A stretch of 64,000 nucleotides of DNA from Felis catus. Lineage: Eukaryota. Within the stretch, counting starts at the first letter, position 1; every line of letters begins with the position of its first letter. Made by a program: the position numbers and the translations under genes. The notes under the pieces are model-generated. The model did no database searches and had not been told where the DNA came from. It worked only from the letters and a program-made list of their open reading frames with translations. Location of the stretch: positions 112,284,001-112,348,000 of the forward strand of contig NC_058368.1 in assembly GCF_018350175.1 (NCBI RefSeq), read 5' to 3'. Of the stretch, positions 39,116 through 52,345 are shown one piece after another.

Positions 39116-40198
39116 CGGTGATGTGAGTTTCCTTTATCATTGTGAGCACCTACCTGTGTTGCACAAATGACTGTGGCTCACAGTTTGTTCTTTTGTACTG
39201 CTCTTCTCTCCTGGATTAGTTACCATCATTGCTAATTGGGAAACTTTGTCCATGTTTGTGAGCCTGTTTTTCAGTGTCTCCTTAATAACTTGGTAGCAAA
39301 GAGCTCTTTGGTAGTAAAGAGCTGCCCTATTTCTGCTCGAGTACTTGATTAGTTTGTTTGCCCGCGGTTTACTGCTATCCTATGGCATTTTAAATGTTAC
39401 TTCTATTAAATATCGTGGTATTTTTCTATTTCCTCTGATGTTTCTAATTTATGATCTCATTGCAATTGACTGGCAATGCAGTATATTCCTTATGTTAGTG
39501 AACAATAATCATTAGGGAAAACAAAGTCAAATTAAACTGCTGTGTACTTAATTTTTAATTTTAGATATGTCGTTTTTAAAAGATTTTGAATTAGCCCAGG
39601 AAAGCTTGCCATAAATGAAGAAATTTAAATTTAGTATTTTGAAAGGGTTTACTGTTTTTTAATAAGAAAAACAGCTCAGTGTTAGAATGTTCCGTTTGTT
39701 AAAAATACTAAGAAATTTTCATTTTTATTAATGACTACTTTTTGAAATGCCCGCAAAAATGGCTGCCCACCAGAACAGCTAGAAAACATGACCTACTAAC
39801 CTACTTTTATTAAATTATTTGGAATGACTGTCCCTGTTTCTCTCAGTGATCCCAGATTTGTGCTGACAATCAAATTAACAACACAGGTTTTACTTTTCAT
39901 AAATAAAATGGCTGCAAAAAAATGACCTCTAGATTGACAAAGTATTTACATGAAATGTTAGTTAAACAAAACCAGACAATAATTGCATTCATTGCTTTTT
40001 AAAACAAAATGTATTTGCAGAATTTTTTACTTGAATTACAGCTTTTAAAACCAGGTAATCTTCAAAATTGGAAAACCTAATTCAGTACATTTCATTTTAA
40101 AGACTTTGCAGTGTAAAGGCTTGACTAGAAAAGCATTAGTGAAAAGCAACAGCTTAAAAAATAACTTTGCTTCTTTGTTTTAAGAAATGAAAAGTTCA

Positions 40199-40426
40199 GG
40201 GGCGCCTGGGTGGCTCAGTCGGTTGAGCGACTGACTTCGGTGACTGACTTCGGCTCAGGTCATGATCTCACGGCTCATGAGTTCGAGCCCCGCATCGGGC
40301 GTTGTGCTGACAGCTCAAGGCCTGGAGCCTGGTTTGGATTCTGTGTCTCCCTCTCTCTCTGCCCCTAACCCATTCGCATCCTATCTCTGTCTCTCTCAAA
40401 AATAAATAAACATTAAAAAAAAAAAA
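40199..40426 (+). mobile_element. Can-SINE with an internal 13-bp duplication
   Basis: TSD aagaaatgaaaagttca; gactgacttcgg repeated in the head. Confidence 0.92.
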
Positions 40427-40959
40427 GAAATGAAAAGTTCAGACCCATGAGACCCGTAGAAGACAAGGCTACTTCACACCTGATAAAATGTGGGATTAAG
40501 GAAATCGTGCGATCCACTTAATCCTCATGATTTTATTCACTCTTCAAAACAGGTAATGGCTTTGAATGAATGTTGTCAGTGATGACTAACCCTGACCCAT
40601 TTAGAAGTGCTCATTTCATAATTCCCCCTACTTACAGGGGCTTCGTGCTGTGTCTGAATACCGTGAAAACAGCAGCAAGTTCTGCCACATTTATAGAGAC
40701 GCCGCTGGCATTTGTGGCTTAAAATGAATAGCCTTACGTTTTCGGTAAAGTTAAATGGTTCCTTTACTTCCTTTGGGGAAACTTAATCTAAAAGAATATG
40801 AAGTGAAAGCTGAATCTTTAGAAAATATTTAGAATATCTAGAAAATAGATTATCTTTTTAAATATTGAAAATCCGAATTCTTAAAAGAAAGGCAGGATGG
40901 ATCTTCAGAGCATGTTTAAATGTATTCAACTGAGACAAACTGTAACAAAGCAAATCTCA

Positions 40960-41145
40960 TTTTCTTTTAATGTTTATTTATTTTTGAGAGAGAGAGAGAA
41001 CGAGCAAGCAGAGGAGGGGCAGAGAGAGGATCTGAAGCAGGCTCTGTGCTATCAGCACAGAGCCCGACACGGGGCTTGAATGCACTAACCGTGAGATCAT
41101 GACCTGAGCTGAAGTCAGATGCTTGACTGACTGAGCCACTCAGGC
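40960..41145 (-). mobile_element. Can-SINE
   Basis: Reverse-strand body. Confidence 0.85.
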
Positions 41146-41413
41146 ATAACAAAGCAAGTATCTTTTTACGTAGGTATTGTGTTTGGCAATGTGTGAGAGA
41201 AAAAAGTGGGAAATGTATCTGAATTTTTCTCTGCAAAGTGGACAAATTAATTAAATTAGGCATTTTTCCCCTGTCACATTGTCAAAATAAAGACTTTTTA
41301 TTAGGTAGCAAATATTACTGACATAATTCAAATGCATTTTCTTCCCAATGGGGTACATAGGCAATTTCATTGCAGAGTTCTGAAATCATGTTTAATCTAA
41401 TATGATTTAACTC

Positions 41414-42080
41414 TGTGTAGTTAAGAACTATCCTTACCCAAAGAGAGGCCTGGTCTTTATCCTCAGCTCCTATGGTATGATCCAAGTCCTTGGAATGTTC
41501 GGCCTGATAAGAGTATCTTTGTGTATCTGGAGCTTTGGGCCACACCAAATAGGCTAACAATGTGATTTATGGTGAGGGTTTTGGGCCGGGAGGTCTCATC
41601 TCAACATCTGGAGGGGCTATGGACTCAATAAAGGTCAGCCACACAGTCAACCATGTCTATGTGACCCAGCCCCAGTAAAATCTGTGGACAATAAGGCTCA
41701 GGTGAGCTTCCCTGCCTGGCAGTACTCCATGCATATCGTCATACATTGTTGCCCGGAGAAGTCAGTACAGTCCATGACTCCACCAGGAAATGACAACTGG
41801 TAGCTCACATCTGGAACTCTCCTGGATTCTGCCCCATGCATCTCTTTCCTTCATTGACTTTAATCTGTAGCCTTTCGTTGTAATAAATCATAACAGTGTA
41901 ACAGCTTTCACTGATTTGTGTTAGTCCTTATATTGAATATATTGAATTTTCAGTCTGAGGGTGGTCTTGGGGACCCCTGAGCTTGTAACTGGTGTCAGAA
42001 GCAGGGTGGTCTTGGAGAGCCCTGATATCTCCTGTTGGTATCAGGAGTGACTGCTGTCTTAGGAACTACCCCTCCCCAAA
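41414..42080 (+). mobile_element. MER21/MER77-like solo LTR
   Basis: ccttggaatgttcggcctgataagagtatctttg ... gctaacaatgtgatttatggtg ... gtaataaatcataac ... gggtggtcttggggacccctg. Confidence 0.65.
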
Positions 42081-42084
42081 CTTA

Positions 42085-42308
42085 AAAATTTTTTTAAATT
42101 TTTTTTAATTTTTTTTTTTTTTTTTTTTTTTTTGAGAGAGAGAGTGCAAGCGGGGTAGGGGCAGAGAGAGAGGGAGACAGAATCTGAAGTAGGCTTCAAG
42201 CTCCGAGCTGTCAGCGCAGAGCCCGACATGGAACTTGAACTCACGGAGTGCAAGATCATGACCTGAGCCAAAGTCAGATGCCCAACCCACTGAGCCACCC
42301 AGGCACCC
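42085..42308 (-). mobile_element. Can-SINE
   Basis: Long T tract and reverse-strand head. Confidence 0.9.
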
Positions 42309-42399
42309 GAACCCCTCCCCAAACATTATAAAACTCCCCAAAATGAGATATCTTTTTATACATGAGAATATTTTTGGTGAGATTTGGGTTGCACATTTT

Positions 42400-42785
42400 T
42401 ACCAATGTGACAGTCATTCTGGCTGTTTCCAAACATTACAGGTTTCTCCTTCCTAGGCATGTGGTAAGGTTACATTTTCTTACCCACTTAAAGGTAGGCA
42501 TGGCCATTTTGACTAGCTTTTGCCAATAAGAGTGGAATTGACATACGGTTAGAAGCCGAAATTGCAGTATATTCATCCCACTCTCTCTTTCCCTTTGTGA
42601 CAAAATGACAACTTACTAGCTACTAACCACTCCATCCTCCTTGATCCTGGAAAGAAGACAACAGGGCCCAGAGCTTTCAGCTGAATTGTGAAAGAAATGT
42701 CGTATTACTGAGAATTAAACCTCTGTGGTGTTAAATCCCTGTGATTTGCAGTTGTTTGTTCCTGCAGAATAACCTAGACTATACA
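42400..42785 (+). mobile_element. MLT1-like (MaLR) LTR remnant
   Basis: 3' end attaaacctctgtggtgttaa..gttgtttgttcctgcagaataacctagact. Confidence 0.55.
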
Positions 42786-43109
42786 GATTCCCACTGCCAG
42801 AATCACTATCTGCTCAAAGCGTGACGAAATTACTACACAAAACTGCTGTTTAAAAAAAAAAAAATTATTCCTAGCATAATTCTGTGCTCCTTAGTTTGAA
42901 ATGAAGTACAGTAAAACCTTGGTTTATGAGCATAATTCCTGCCCCAAACATCCTTGTCATCCAAAGCATGTGTATATCAAAGTGAATTTCAACAACTATT
43001 GGCTCAGTTGTGATCATGTGACATTTGGGATCACATACCGCTGGTATTGCAAGACATCCCTTGTTTATCAAGTAAAATTTTATTAGAAATGTTTGCTCAT
43101 TTTTCTTTT

Positions 43110-43336
43110 TATTTAGAAAAAAAATTTTTTTACATTTATTTATTTTTGAGAAACAGAGTGAGACAAAGTGTGAGCGGGGGAGGGGCAGAGAGAGGAGACA
43201 CAGAATCTGAAGCAGGTTTCAGGCTCTGAGCAAGCGGTCAGCACAGAGCCCGATGCGGGGCTCGAACCCACAAACTGTGAGATCGTGACCTGAGCCGAAG
43301 TCAGAAGCTCAACCGACTGAGCCACCCAGGTGTCCC
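43110..43336 (-). mobile_element. Can-SINE
   Basis: TSD aatgtttgctcat. Confidence 0.9.
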
Positions 43337-43551
43337 TGAATGTTTGCTCATCTTGAGGAACACTCGCAGACCAAGTTTAGGAGAAAATCTTTGTGAATTT
43401 GGCTTAGGAAAAGATTTCTTAGTTTTGACATCATGATCCATAAAAGAACAAACTGATAAACTGAACTTTATCAAAATTAAAACTTACGCTCTTCAAAAGA
43501 AGAGGAAAAAGTCAAGCCACAGACTGGGAAGAAAAGTAGTTATAAGTCCTA

Positions 43552-44122
43552 TGTAAGAGAGTCAGCAGTATTTACTCCACCTTTAGTGCTCTATTTGTTT
43601 GTTCATGTCCCATTGATGACTCCTCTCTCCCCCAACTGTTGGGCTTCATGTCCTGGGACCCCTTGGAGATTAATATACTTACCTTAGAAATGCCCACCAA
43701 GGCCAGGATGCGGGGGAAGCTTGCTTTGGCTCTCCTTGAATTTGTCTCTCCCTTTCCTGAATTTGTTGGAGATAGTCTCTCCCCTTCCTGTCATACAGAT
43801 GGTGCCACGAGAGCTAATAGAATTTTTGATGCCCATTAAATGCACATAAACCCTCTGAAATACACATGAACCCTTCTATCTCACTACAGTGCCCTTCTGC
43901 CAGTTCCCTTGCATTATAAAATCTGTAGACTAAGGTCTACAGTCCAGACTTTACGGAGAATAATTGCACAGCTGGACTGTTGCCCAGCAGATCTTCCTTG
44001 TCTGTAAGTTACCCTGAAAAAAACCTCTGTTAACTGTATGGTGCGGCCTCCTTCATTTTTCAGTCTCAAAATGCATTCTTGGTTTGGGCAATACTTTCTA
44101 GTCCCTCCCCTAGCTTCTAACA
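43552..44122 (+). mobile_element. ERV solo LTR inserted in L1
   Basis: TG...CA termini, imperfect target duplication gtccta/gtcata, internal TATAAAA near 43915; the L1 sequence resumes cleanly on both sides. Confidence 0.7.
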
Positions 44123-44285
44123 GTCATATATCTGATAGAGGAGTTGTACCTAGAATATATAAACAATTTTCCAAACTCAATAATGAGAAAAGCCAACGTA
44201 TTAAAATTAGGCAAAAGATTTGAATAAACTCTTCACCAAAGGAAATGTAAAGATAGTAAGTAACTACATGAAAAAAATTAACATT

Positions 44286-44470
44286 GGGTGGCCTGGGTGG
44301 CTCAGTCAGTTGAGCATCTGACTTCCTCTCAGGTCAAGATGTCACGATTCATGAGTTCGAGCCCTATGACAGGCTCAGAGCTTGGAGTCTGCTTCAGATT
44401 CTGTGTGTCCCTCTCTCTCTGCCCTTCCCTGCTTTTCTCTCTCTCAAAAATGAATAAACATTAAAAAAAA
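44286..44470 (+). mobile_element. Can-SINE nested in L1
   Basis: Head and tail. Confidence 0.85.
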
Positions 44471-45589
44471 TTTTTTTAAGTGTGGGTTTGGATGTGATAG
44501 AAATAGATCTCCAATAAACTGTAGGCAGGAATGTAAAATAGCCTCCTTGGAAAACATAGTGCCAGTCTTTAGAAGAAGTCTTTATTTACAGCGCAGCTAT
44601 TCCACTCCTGGGTATTTACCGAAGAGAAATGAAAGCATAACCGTATACAAAAATACGTACAATAATGCTCACAGCAGCTTTGTTTTGTAACAGTCACAAA
44701 CTAGAAATAATCCAAATATCCATCTTCAGGTGAATGGATACCTAAATTGTGGTATACCCACACAATGGAATACTACTCAGCAACAAAAAGAAAAATTACC
44801 TATGATACATCCAGTAGCGTGGATAAGTCTCAATACAATTATGCTGAGTGAAAACAGCCAGGTAAAAATAAGTACATACTCTTTGATTCGATTTGAGAAA
44901 TCATTTGAGAAATGATTTTTTGGGAAATGATTTTTGAGAAATTTGAGAAAATGCAAACTAATGTATAGTGTCAGAAAGCTGATGGGGGAGGAGATGAAGG
45001 AGGGATTACAGAGAGGCATAAAGAAACTTTTGGAAGATATGCATGTATTCATTATCTTGATTTTAGTGATTGTTTCAAGGATGTCAAAACTTACCAGATT
45101 CCATGCTTTAAGTATATGTGGTTTGTCCATTACACCTCAATAAAGCTGTTGGAAAAAAAAATCTGGGGAAACAATTTGTGTCAATTTGGAACTATGTTCA
45201 TGATAAGCAACAATGGAAGTTCCAGAATATTATGTATAGTCTGACCTCAGACCTAAAAAAAAAAAAAAAAAACAACTAATGATTAAGAAAAAGTAATAAA
45301 ATCCTCACCTCTGTGTCCTTTTTTGGTGTAGGTATTGAAGCTCAGGTAGTTTACACAATGAAGGATTGCAGTGGTTAGCCCCAGGGAATGAGATGTGGCA
45401 TAGGACAGGGAGGTAATATACACATATTTAACACCCAGCGGTTACCACTTTTGATATTTTAAGTTTCAGGTATTTGTATATTAATAAAGGTGTGCTCTTT
45501 TCTGGGAGGTTTTTTTCTAGACACTGGAACTATTTGGTTGGGCGTCAGTTTTACGGCGTAGGTGGTCACAGAGGTGTAGCTTAAGAGCA

Positions 45590-46480
45590 GCAGGCAGACG
45601 ACCTCCCACTCATCGCCTAGGGAGGCGCCCCGGGGATCGCGGAGCAGGTGCGCACTCGCGCGCGTCCCCGTCTCGAGAAAGGCGGGGCTGGGCGCATGCG
45701 AGGAGGGGCGGACGCGGGGCCTGGGCGGGGCTAGGGTGGAGGACACCGGCTGCTTCAGGGGTCTCGGTCCGCTACCCGGAGCCGCCAGCTCTGGGTGGGG
45801 GAGGGACACCGGAGCGCCGTCGGGGTGGGCGGGTCCTGTCGAGCGGCACGGCCCGGGGACGCCGCCGAGTCGCGCGCGCTGCCAGCCCCGAGGTTACGTG
45901 CGTGAAGGTAGCATTTCCTTGTGGGGGTCGCGGTGGTCTTCGAGGAGTGCGCCTCCTCCGGCTTAGAAGGAGCCGCGGGCCGGAGGCCTGGTCCTGCCTC
46001 CGGCGGCTGGAGACCCCGAGGCGCCGGCGGTCCCCGCGCTTTATTCCGGGCATGAGGAGGCGTGACCTGGCATCCCCGCGGGGGTCGCCCGAGGCTGGGG
46101 GGTGGCGGGAGCCCCGAGGAGCGGCCGCATCCCGGATCCCGGCCCCAGCCGCCTCGCAAACCCGGCATTTGATTTGCCCCGAGGTGGGGTCGTCTGGCGG
46201 GTTTTACAGCCTCGGGTGGTTCGCTTCTCACGTGTGTGTCTTTCCACAGGGCCCTGCGCTGGACCCGCGTGCGCGAATTCAGTAATTTTCTTCCTCTTTG
46301 GAGGGTAAGCTTTGAGAGGGCCGTCCGCAGCCTCCCGCGGCCGTCGGGCGCGCACTCGGGGATATTGTTTTTACGGTAGTTGCGGAAAATGCGCAGTGGT
46401 CATGGGTCCGCGTGGTCGCTTTTGCGCGACTGCCGGGGGGGGGGGGGGCAAAGGGGGGGGTTCTGGGAGGGTAGCGGCGG
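45590..46480 (+). promoter_or_regulatory. FBXL21: CpG island / promoter and probable 5' non-coding exons of FBXL21
   Basis: Very GC- and CpG-rich island in AT-rich surroundings, 5.5 kb upstream of the first coding exon. Contains GC boxes (45705-45730), NRF1-like GCGCATGCG (45692-45700) and E-box CACGTG (46229-46234). Candidate donor AAG|GTAGCA at 45908 and candidate mini-exon 46250-46304 (tttccacag| ... |gtaagc). Confidence 0.8.
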
Positions 46481-47353
46481 AGTTTATGTTTGCCATAAAG
46501 AGATGTCTGAGACAGAGGTAGACTTAGACCTTTCCCGCGACTTGGGACATTCTGCACTCAAAGGGGACTCGTTTTGTCTTGGCCCGTGTGCTCGGAAACT
46601 TTTCCCAAAATGTGAAGTTGAATAGATTAGGAGGATTTTCTCAGAAAAAAAAAAAAAAAAATGTTGCAAAATGCTTTCTTGAATCCTTTGTTTTAACTGT
46701 TAGGTCCTGGACCCTCCCCAGTTCCGAAGGCTTCTCCTGGTCTGGGACCTGGCCTGCCTTTTCTCTTTCAGAGTCTGGCTGGAGAGGTTGGGGATGGGGA
46801 AGGAGAGTAAAAAGCTTACACAGCCCTCCCTCCTCCATCCAGGGATTCTAACAGATTGCCCAGTTCAGGTTCTATATAACCCTCTCCTTGCATCTCAAAA
46901 GGTGTTTTCAATCTACACATACTTTGAAAATTTCAGTTTTCCTATGAGTCATTAAAAGGAAACATGCCTGTTTTAAAATTTAAAGTTTTTTTCCAATAAG
47001 CATATCTTAAGGGCACAGAGAGACTTTTGAGAGAGTATAAAAAATTGCTAAATCAGTGGTGAGAACACCAAAATGCTGGAATCACTGCTTTAAGAAAGAT
47101 TTTATTTGACATAATACTTCTTTTTGTCTTATTGAACCCTCGATGATACTGTAATTGATTTTCATATTTTTTTGAAATTGCAGTTTTTAGATTTAGAAGG
47201 CAGCTGAGGTCATGTGGATTGCAAAGACTAAATATTTTTTACAATATTTCTAAAAAAAATATGTTTTGTTTTCTACCTGGATGATAAACTCTGGGGAAGA
47301 AATGTTGGCCCTTAGCATAATTGACTCTTCCATTAGAAAGCCATGTGTTTTTT

Positions 47354-47565
47354 GGGGTGCCTGGGTGGCTCAGTCCGTTAAGCATCTGACTTCATCTCAG
47401 GTCATGATCTCACGATGTGGGTTTGAGCCCCACCATCAGGTTCTGTGTGCTGACAGCTCAGACAGAGTCTGGAGCCTGCTTCCCATTCTATGTCTCCCTC
47501 TCCCTCTGCTCCTCCCCCCCCCCCCAAAAACAAATAAACATTAAAACAATAAATAAACAAAAAAA
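47354..47565 (+). mobile_element. Can-SINE in FBXL21 5' intron
   Basis: TSD agaaagcyatgtgtttt. Confidence 0.88.
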
Positions 47566-49891
47566 GAAAGCTATGTGTTTTAAAGCTGATCTTCAGCTCA
47601 TCTGTCCAGGCCCCACCTTCCTTGTCATTGCACCCATGATTAGGATTTCAGACCCCTTAGCAGATGCCTTTTAATCTGTGGTAGCAGCAATGAGATTTCT
47701 AGTTTGCTCTTTTAGAAAGCAGCTTAAATAAAGGACATTTGATAATAATTTCTGTTCATTTTCATGTTGCTGCTTCCAACAACTTTGTCTAGGGTTTTAG
47801 GTAGTTTTGAATCTTCTATTATCTGTAATATTCACACAATATTTCTAGCATTGTGATGACTGAAAACTTGAAACTTTCTAAAATACTTCCTGTGTATTCA
47901 TTTAACCAATTCTGGAAGAAGTGATGATGCAAAAGATAGTTGTTTCCATTGCTGCCACCAGATTGGCTTCAAGATGTTCATTTAATGTCTTTGAGAATGT
48001 TCTTCTCAAGAATACTGTCGGAGATTTCTTAAATACTCTTAGAGGATCCAATTCACATGCTCACCTGTTCCACCCAAATTAGTAAAGATAACAAAAAAGG
48101 AAATTGGGTTAGGGTGATTAGGCCACTAAGTGGATTTTGAGTCATTGTTACATTCTTTGCTGAATGCTAATAAATCTTTTCAAACTCTAGACTTTCACTG
48201 AAGATCAGTGTTAAGCTATCCTTTTTTGGAAGTTTGGTTTATCACTTGATGGGGTCCCATAGTCTGATTTTATGTTCTTCTGTGGCTCACAATTCCAGGT
48301 AGTCACTCTGAAACAGCAAACAAGTGTCCTCAGTACCCAGGGAAGTAGTTCATCTGATTCTGAAGACTCCACTGAATTGATCGGATAGGTACTTACTTAC
48401 CATCTTCTTAGGGGTTTTAGATAGTAATTCACTGTTGTGGTACCCTTGCTAGATTACCGCTGTATTCTCCAGCATACACAACGGCCTGCAAACACAGAAT
48501 TAGTCAACTTGATACCTCAGTAGAAAATTTTCTGCAGTAAATAAAATTGTGTGACATCTGATGAGGGGACTACAGGTCATTTACCTTTCCCTTATTTGTG
48601 ATATTCCTTTGAAAATGTGCCAGTAGCCCCTTTCTGCCTACTTCCGGAGTGGAATACAAAGTGGGAGAACCAGCCTTGCCATTAGCTTGTAAATAGTAGT
48701 TCGGATAGGAGTAGAACAACGGGTAGTGGTGGGGAAATGGAATTGTGGATGTTAAACTCAAATACGTTTTCCCTATCTGTGCTCCAAAGCTCTGTGTTAG
48801 GAGTTGGATTCAGAGAGAAATTGAGAGCTGGCAGGTAGTAGATAGCAGCTATTAGAAATTTTTAGTGGGTTAATACATTGCCCCCCACCACCTCCTCTGT
48901 ATAGTTGTATTTGGCTTATGAAAGTAGTAAGAACGCATTTATTTATTTATTTTTTACTTTACGACATTTATTCATGATGCCAAGGCAGTGAATTTTATCC
49001 CGATGTAGACCTGTTACTTTTTCTTCTATGTGCATAGAATGCCTCTAACTCTAGTAGGTCACTGTGCCTAAAATTGGTCAGACCTCAAAGATGTTAGGAA
49101 TGAATCGATTATGAATGAATCAGTTATATCTATCAACATCAGTGAAAAACTTAAAAGACCACAAAAGCATGTGTTAATAGGAGACTAGTCAAATGATATA
49201 TGATAAAAATTTGTGTCTTCTTATTTAATTATCATTACTCTAGTGGCATTATGTGCTCCTAAAAACTGGAACTGAAAGATTTAACACAGCCCATAAGCAA
49301 CTACATAAAATCTTGGACTACTTAAACTTTCTGTAATATCTCTCCATACATGCTCATTAAAATATGAATTTTCAGAACTCTCTGATTGATCGCAGCCTTC
49401 TGAGTAGAACCCTCAGTCTAATTTTGAGTGGTGACGTTCCCGCTAACCAGCCAAGTTGTTTCTATGGACTGGTTTCCTCCCAAGTAGAAAATAATTGTTT
49501 GGGAATCAATAATTGCTAAACAAAATCCTTCAACGTAATGCGATCGTATCTAAATATCCTAAGCATAAGAATTATTGGATTTTTCCTTATATATTCTGAT
49601 GAATGTATTTTTGTGGTATTTTGCCAAGCTAGGAAGTGAAATCACATGGATGTTGGTGAGTACCCCATGGCAGCTGTTACTTCATATGGTTCGTTCAGAG
49701 TGAACTATAACTTGGAAGCCGACTTTAGGTAAGAAAGTTGGAGTTTGAAAGAGAAATCAATGATCATGTATGTTTAGGTTAGAATTTTTATGTCATGGTT
49801 TTCAAGCTAATAAAGATTAATTTGTCTTGCCTTCTAACATATATTTTAATGGTGCTCCCTGGAACTAGATTGTATAAAATTTATGATTTGT

Positions 49892-50046
49892 GGGGGCACT
49901 GGGTGGCTCATTCACTTAAACGTCCAACTCTTGATCTCAGCTTAGGTCTTGATCTCAGGGTCATGAGTTCAGGCCCTGTGTTGGGCCCCATGCTGGGTAT
50001 GAAGCCTACTTAAAAAAAACAAAAAAAAAAACAAAACAAAAAAAAA
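49892..50046 (+). mobile_element. Short Can-SINE (no CT tract)
   Basis: tRNA-like head then A tail. Confidence 0.8.
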
Positions 50047-51954
50047 ACACCAACTTTGTGGATGGGTTTTATACTCTGAAAATAAATGTACACAAGGAAA
50101 AGGGAAATGAAATGTTATTTTTAACAGAATTACCGGTATTCATCTATTATCTGTTATTTCTGGTGATTTTATCAGTGAATTGGCAATTTAATATTTTACT
50201 GAATAAACAAAACAATCCATGTTATGTAGAATCAGATTTAATGTGTAGCACAATCCCTTTGTTTACAACTGCAAGGCAGTTTTCTAACCTGGTACTTAGA
50301 TGAAATTTTCATTTGACTTTCGGTTTCACTGCTTTTCCAGCGAGGGATTATATTAGCGACAACTTTTTTGGTGATAACTTGTAAGATTTTAACAATACAT
50401 TCTGTAAGCTTACCGAATAAAACACGTACAGCAAAATGTTTATAAATGTGCTCTCAATTTAGGATCCACTGTACATTCTTTTACCTTACTTGGGCCATTG
50501 GATTTCATTTTAGGGCATTAAAATTAAAGAGTAGGTCAGCCCTTTCAAAATAAGTGTATTTTGGAAAAAGAAAACAAAAATAAGCGTATTTTGAATAAGC
50601 TTTGAATTATTGATGTCAGCAGTTTCATATATCTTATGTTATGTCACTGGATCGTTTCTCAGTCATGTGTATAACTGGTTGATTCATACTAAAATGTGTG
50701 TGGTAGCTCTTGAGATATAGCTTTGCAACTATTTTTGCTTTTCATTTTAGTTTTCCTAAACCCTAAAGATGACATTTCATTTTTGTAGCAACTTAATAGG
50801 TCTCTCCCGCTTTTGGGATCCAACCTTCTCCTATAATTAAGAAATGTTTCACATCATACAGATATATATATATTTCTAATGTTCAGGGATGAAAAGAGGG
50901 TTAAATAGTCTACCAAAGTTAAATAAAGTTCAAAACCATTCTTAGCATTATTTTGCCTCTGAAATAATTGTGTGCTTAAACACTTTGGATTCTTATGTAG
51001 AATGTACACACAAGATAACCCTATATACTTGGGTGTATCTGGACCTGAAATTTGCTGGAACTTAGTTGTGTCTCAAGCTGGCTAATACCTGGAGATTCAT
51101 CATGTCTTTTTGTTGGAGAAGACTACTCATTCCTTTGCTATTGAGCATCAGGTGCATTGCTTACAAGGCTCTGTCCCTCGTGTGTCCAGCTTCAGTAGAG
51201 CTCCTTTGTCCTGGGTGTCACCTGAAAATTGTGCTTCAGTTTAAGAAATGAAATTAGTTCAGAAGAAGGCACTGGACAATTTAATATAACAACAATGACT
51301 GCAACAATGATTAAGCCTTTACTATGTTCCAGTACTTAGGGTACTCTAATCTTCACAACAGCCATATGAGATGAGGTACTGCTATTCTCCCTGCCCTTCA
51401 GATGAGGAAACTGAGGCTTAAATTTGCTCAGACAAGATTGCATGTTTGTAAATGGCCCGGCTGGGACTTTTCCAGGCCTATGCTTTTGATTATGTTTTAC
51501 TGTCTTTCAGAACCCCCAGGAGTTGTTAGCACAATTGCACTGTGATGCTTTCTTCTCTGTAGAAGTTAGTAAGAGTACAGTAATTGACCAGGAAGGAGCC
51601 TGGGACACACACTGCTTCCATAAACGTTTCCTTTTAGAAGCCTCCCCAACCACTCCCTCCCATTCACAAACTCAATCACATACCATTGCTTTATTCTTCC
51701 AGTGCGACTTGTCCCAATTTCAGGGATGGCATTTCTCATGCTATTTCACGATTTGACCATAGCTCTTTGAGAGCAAGTTCCCTCTTATCTCTATATCCCT
51801 AGCATGTCGCAGTACCTATCAATGCATGAAAGTAGATTGCTATTAAAATTTGTTAAACTGTTTTTCATTTTCTAATGTTAATCCGTACAATTAGAAGACA
51901 CATGTCTAGGAAATGAGGAAAGTGTTATCACTTAACATTTTTAATGTTTACAGA

Positions 51955-52320
51955 ATGAAGAGGAACAGTTTATCTGTTGTGAATAAAATTGTCCAGTCTT
52001 CACCAGCAGTGAAACAACCAAAAGTTGGGTTCTACTCTTCTCTCAGCCACACCCACATGCACACTGTTCTTCTAGACTGGGGGAGTTTGCCTCACCACGT
52101 AGTATTACGCATTTTTCAGTATCTTCCTTTAATAGATCGGGCCCGGGCATCTTCAGTATGTAGGAAATGGAATGAAGTTTTTCATATTCCTGACCTTTGG
52201 AGAAAGTTTGAATTCGAACTGAACCAATCAGCAACTTCATATTTTAAGTCTACACATCCTGATCTCATTCAGCAGATCATTAAAAAGCATGCTACCCATC
52301 TCCAGTATGTCAGCTTTAAG
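51955..52320 (+). CDS. FBXL21: F-box/LRR-repeat protein 21, coding exon 1 (F-box)
   Basis: acag|[12 protein letters not shown]...[36 protein letters not shown] (F-box)...YVSFK|gtaag. The four exons (366+123+172+644 = 1305 nt) give 434 aa of the FBXL3/FBXL21 family; position between IL9 and LECT2 identifies FBXL21. Confidence 0.96.
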
Positions 52321-52345
52321 GTAAGAAAAGTGTTAAATAGAAACG

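Larger units (their letters stand above)
43345..45150 (+). mobile_element. LINE-1 3' fragment (L1MB/MC-like) with a nested LTR and SINE
   Basis: L1 ORF2-end and 3' UTR phrases ending cctcaataaagctgtt. Confidence 0.75.

Noticed and set aside
44888..44952. Short ATTTGAGAAAT repeats
   Set aside because: Local slippage within an L1 3' UTR; no sign of function.
45459..46625. Many overlapping Arg/Pro/Gly-rich ORFs
   Set aside because: Expected from stop-codon depletion in a CpG island.
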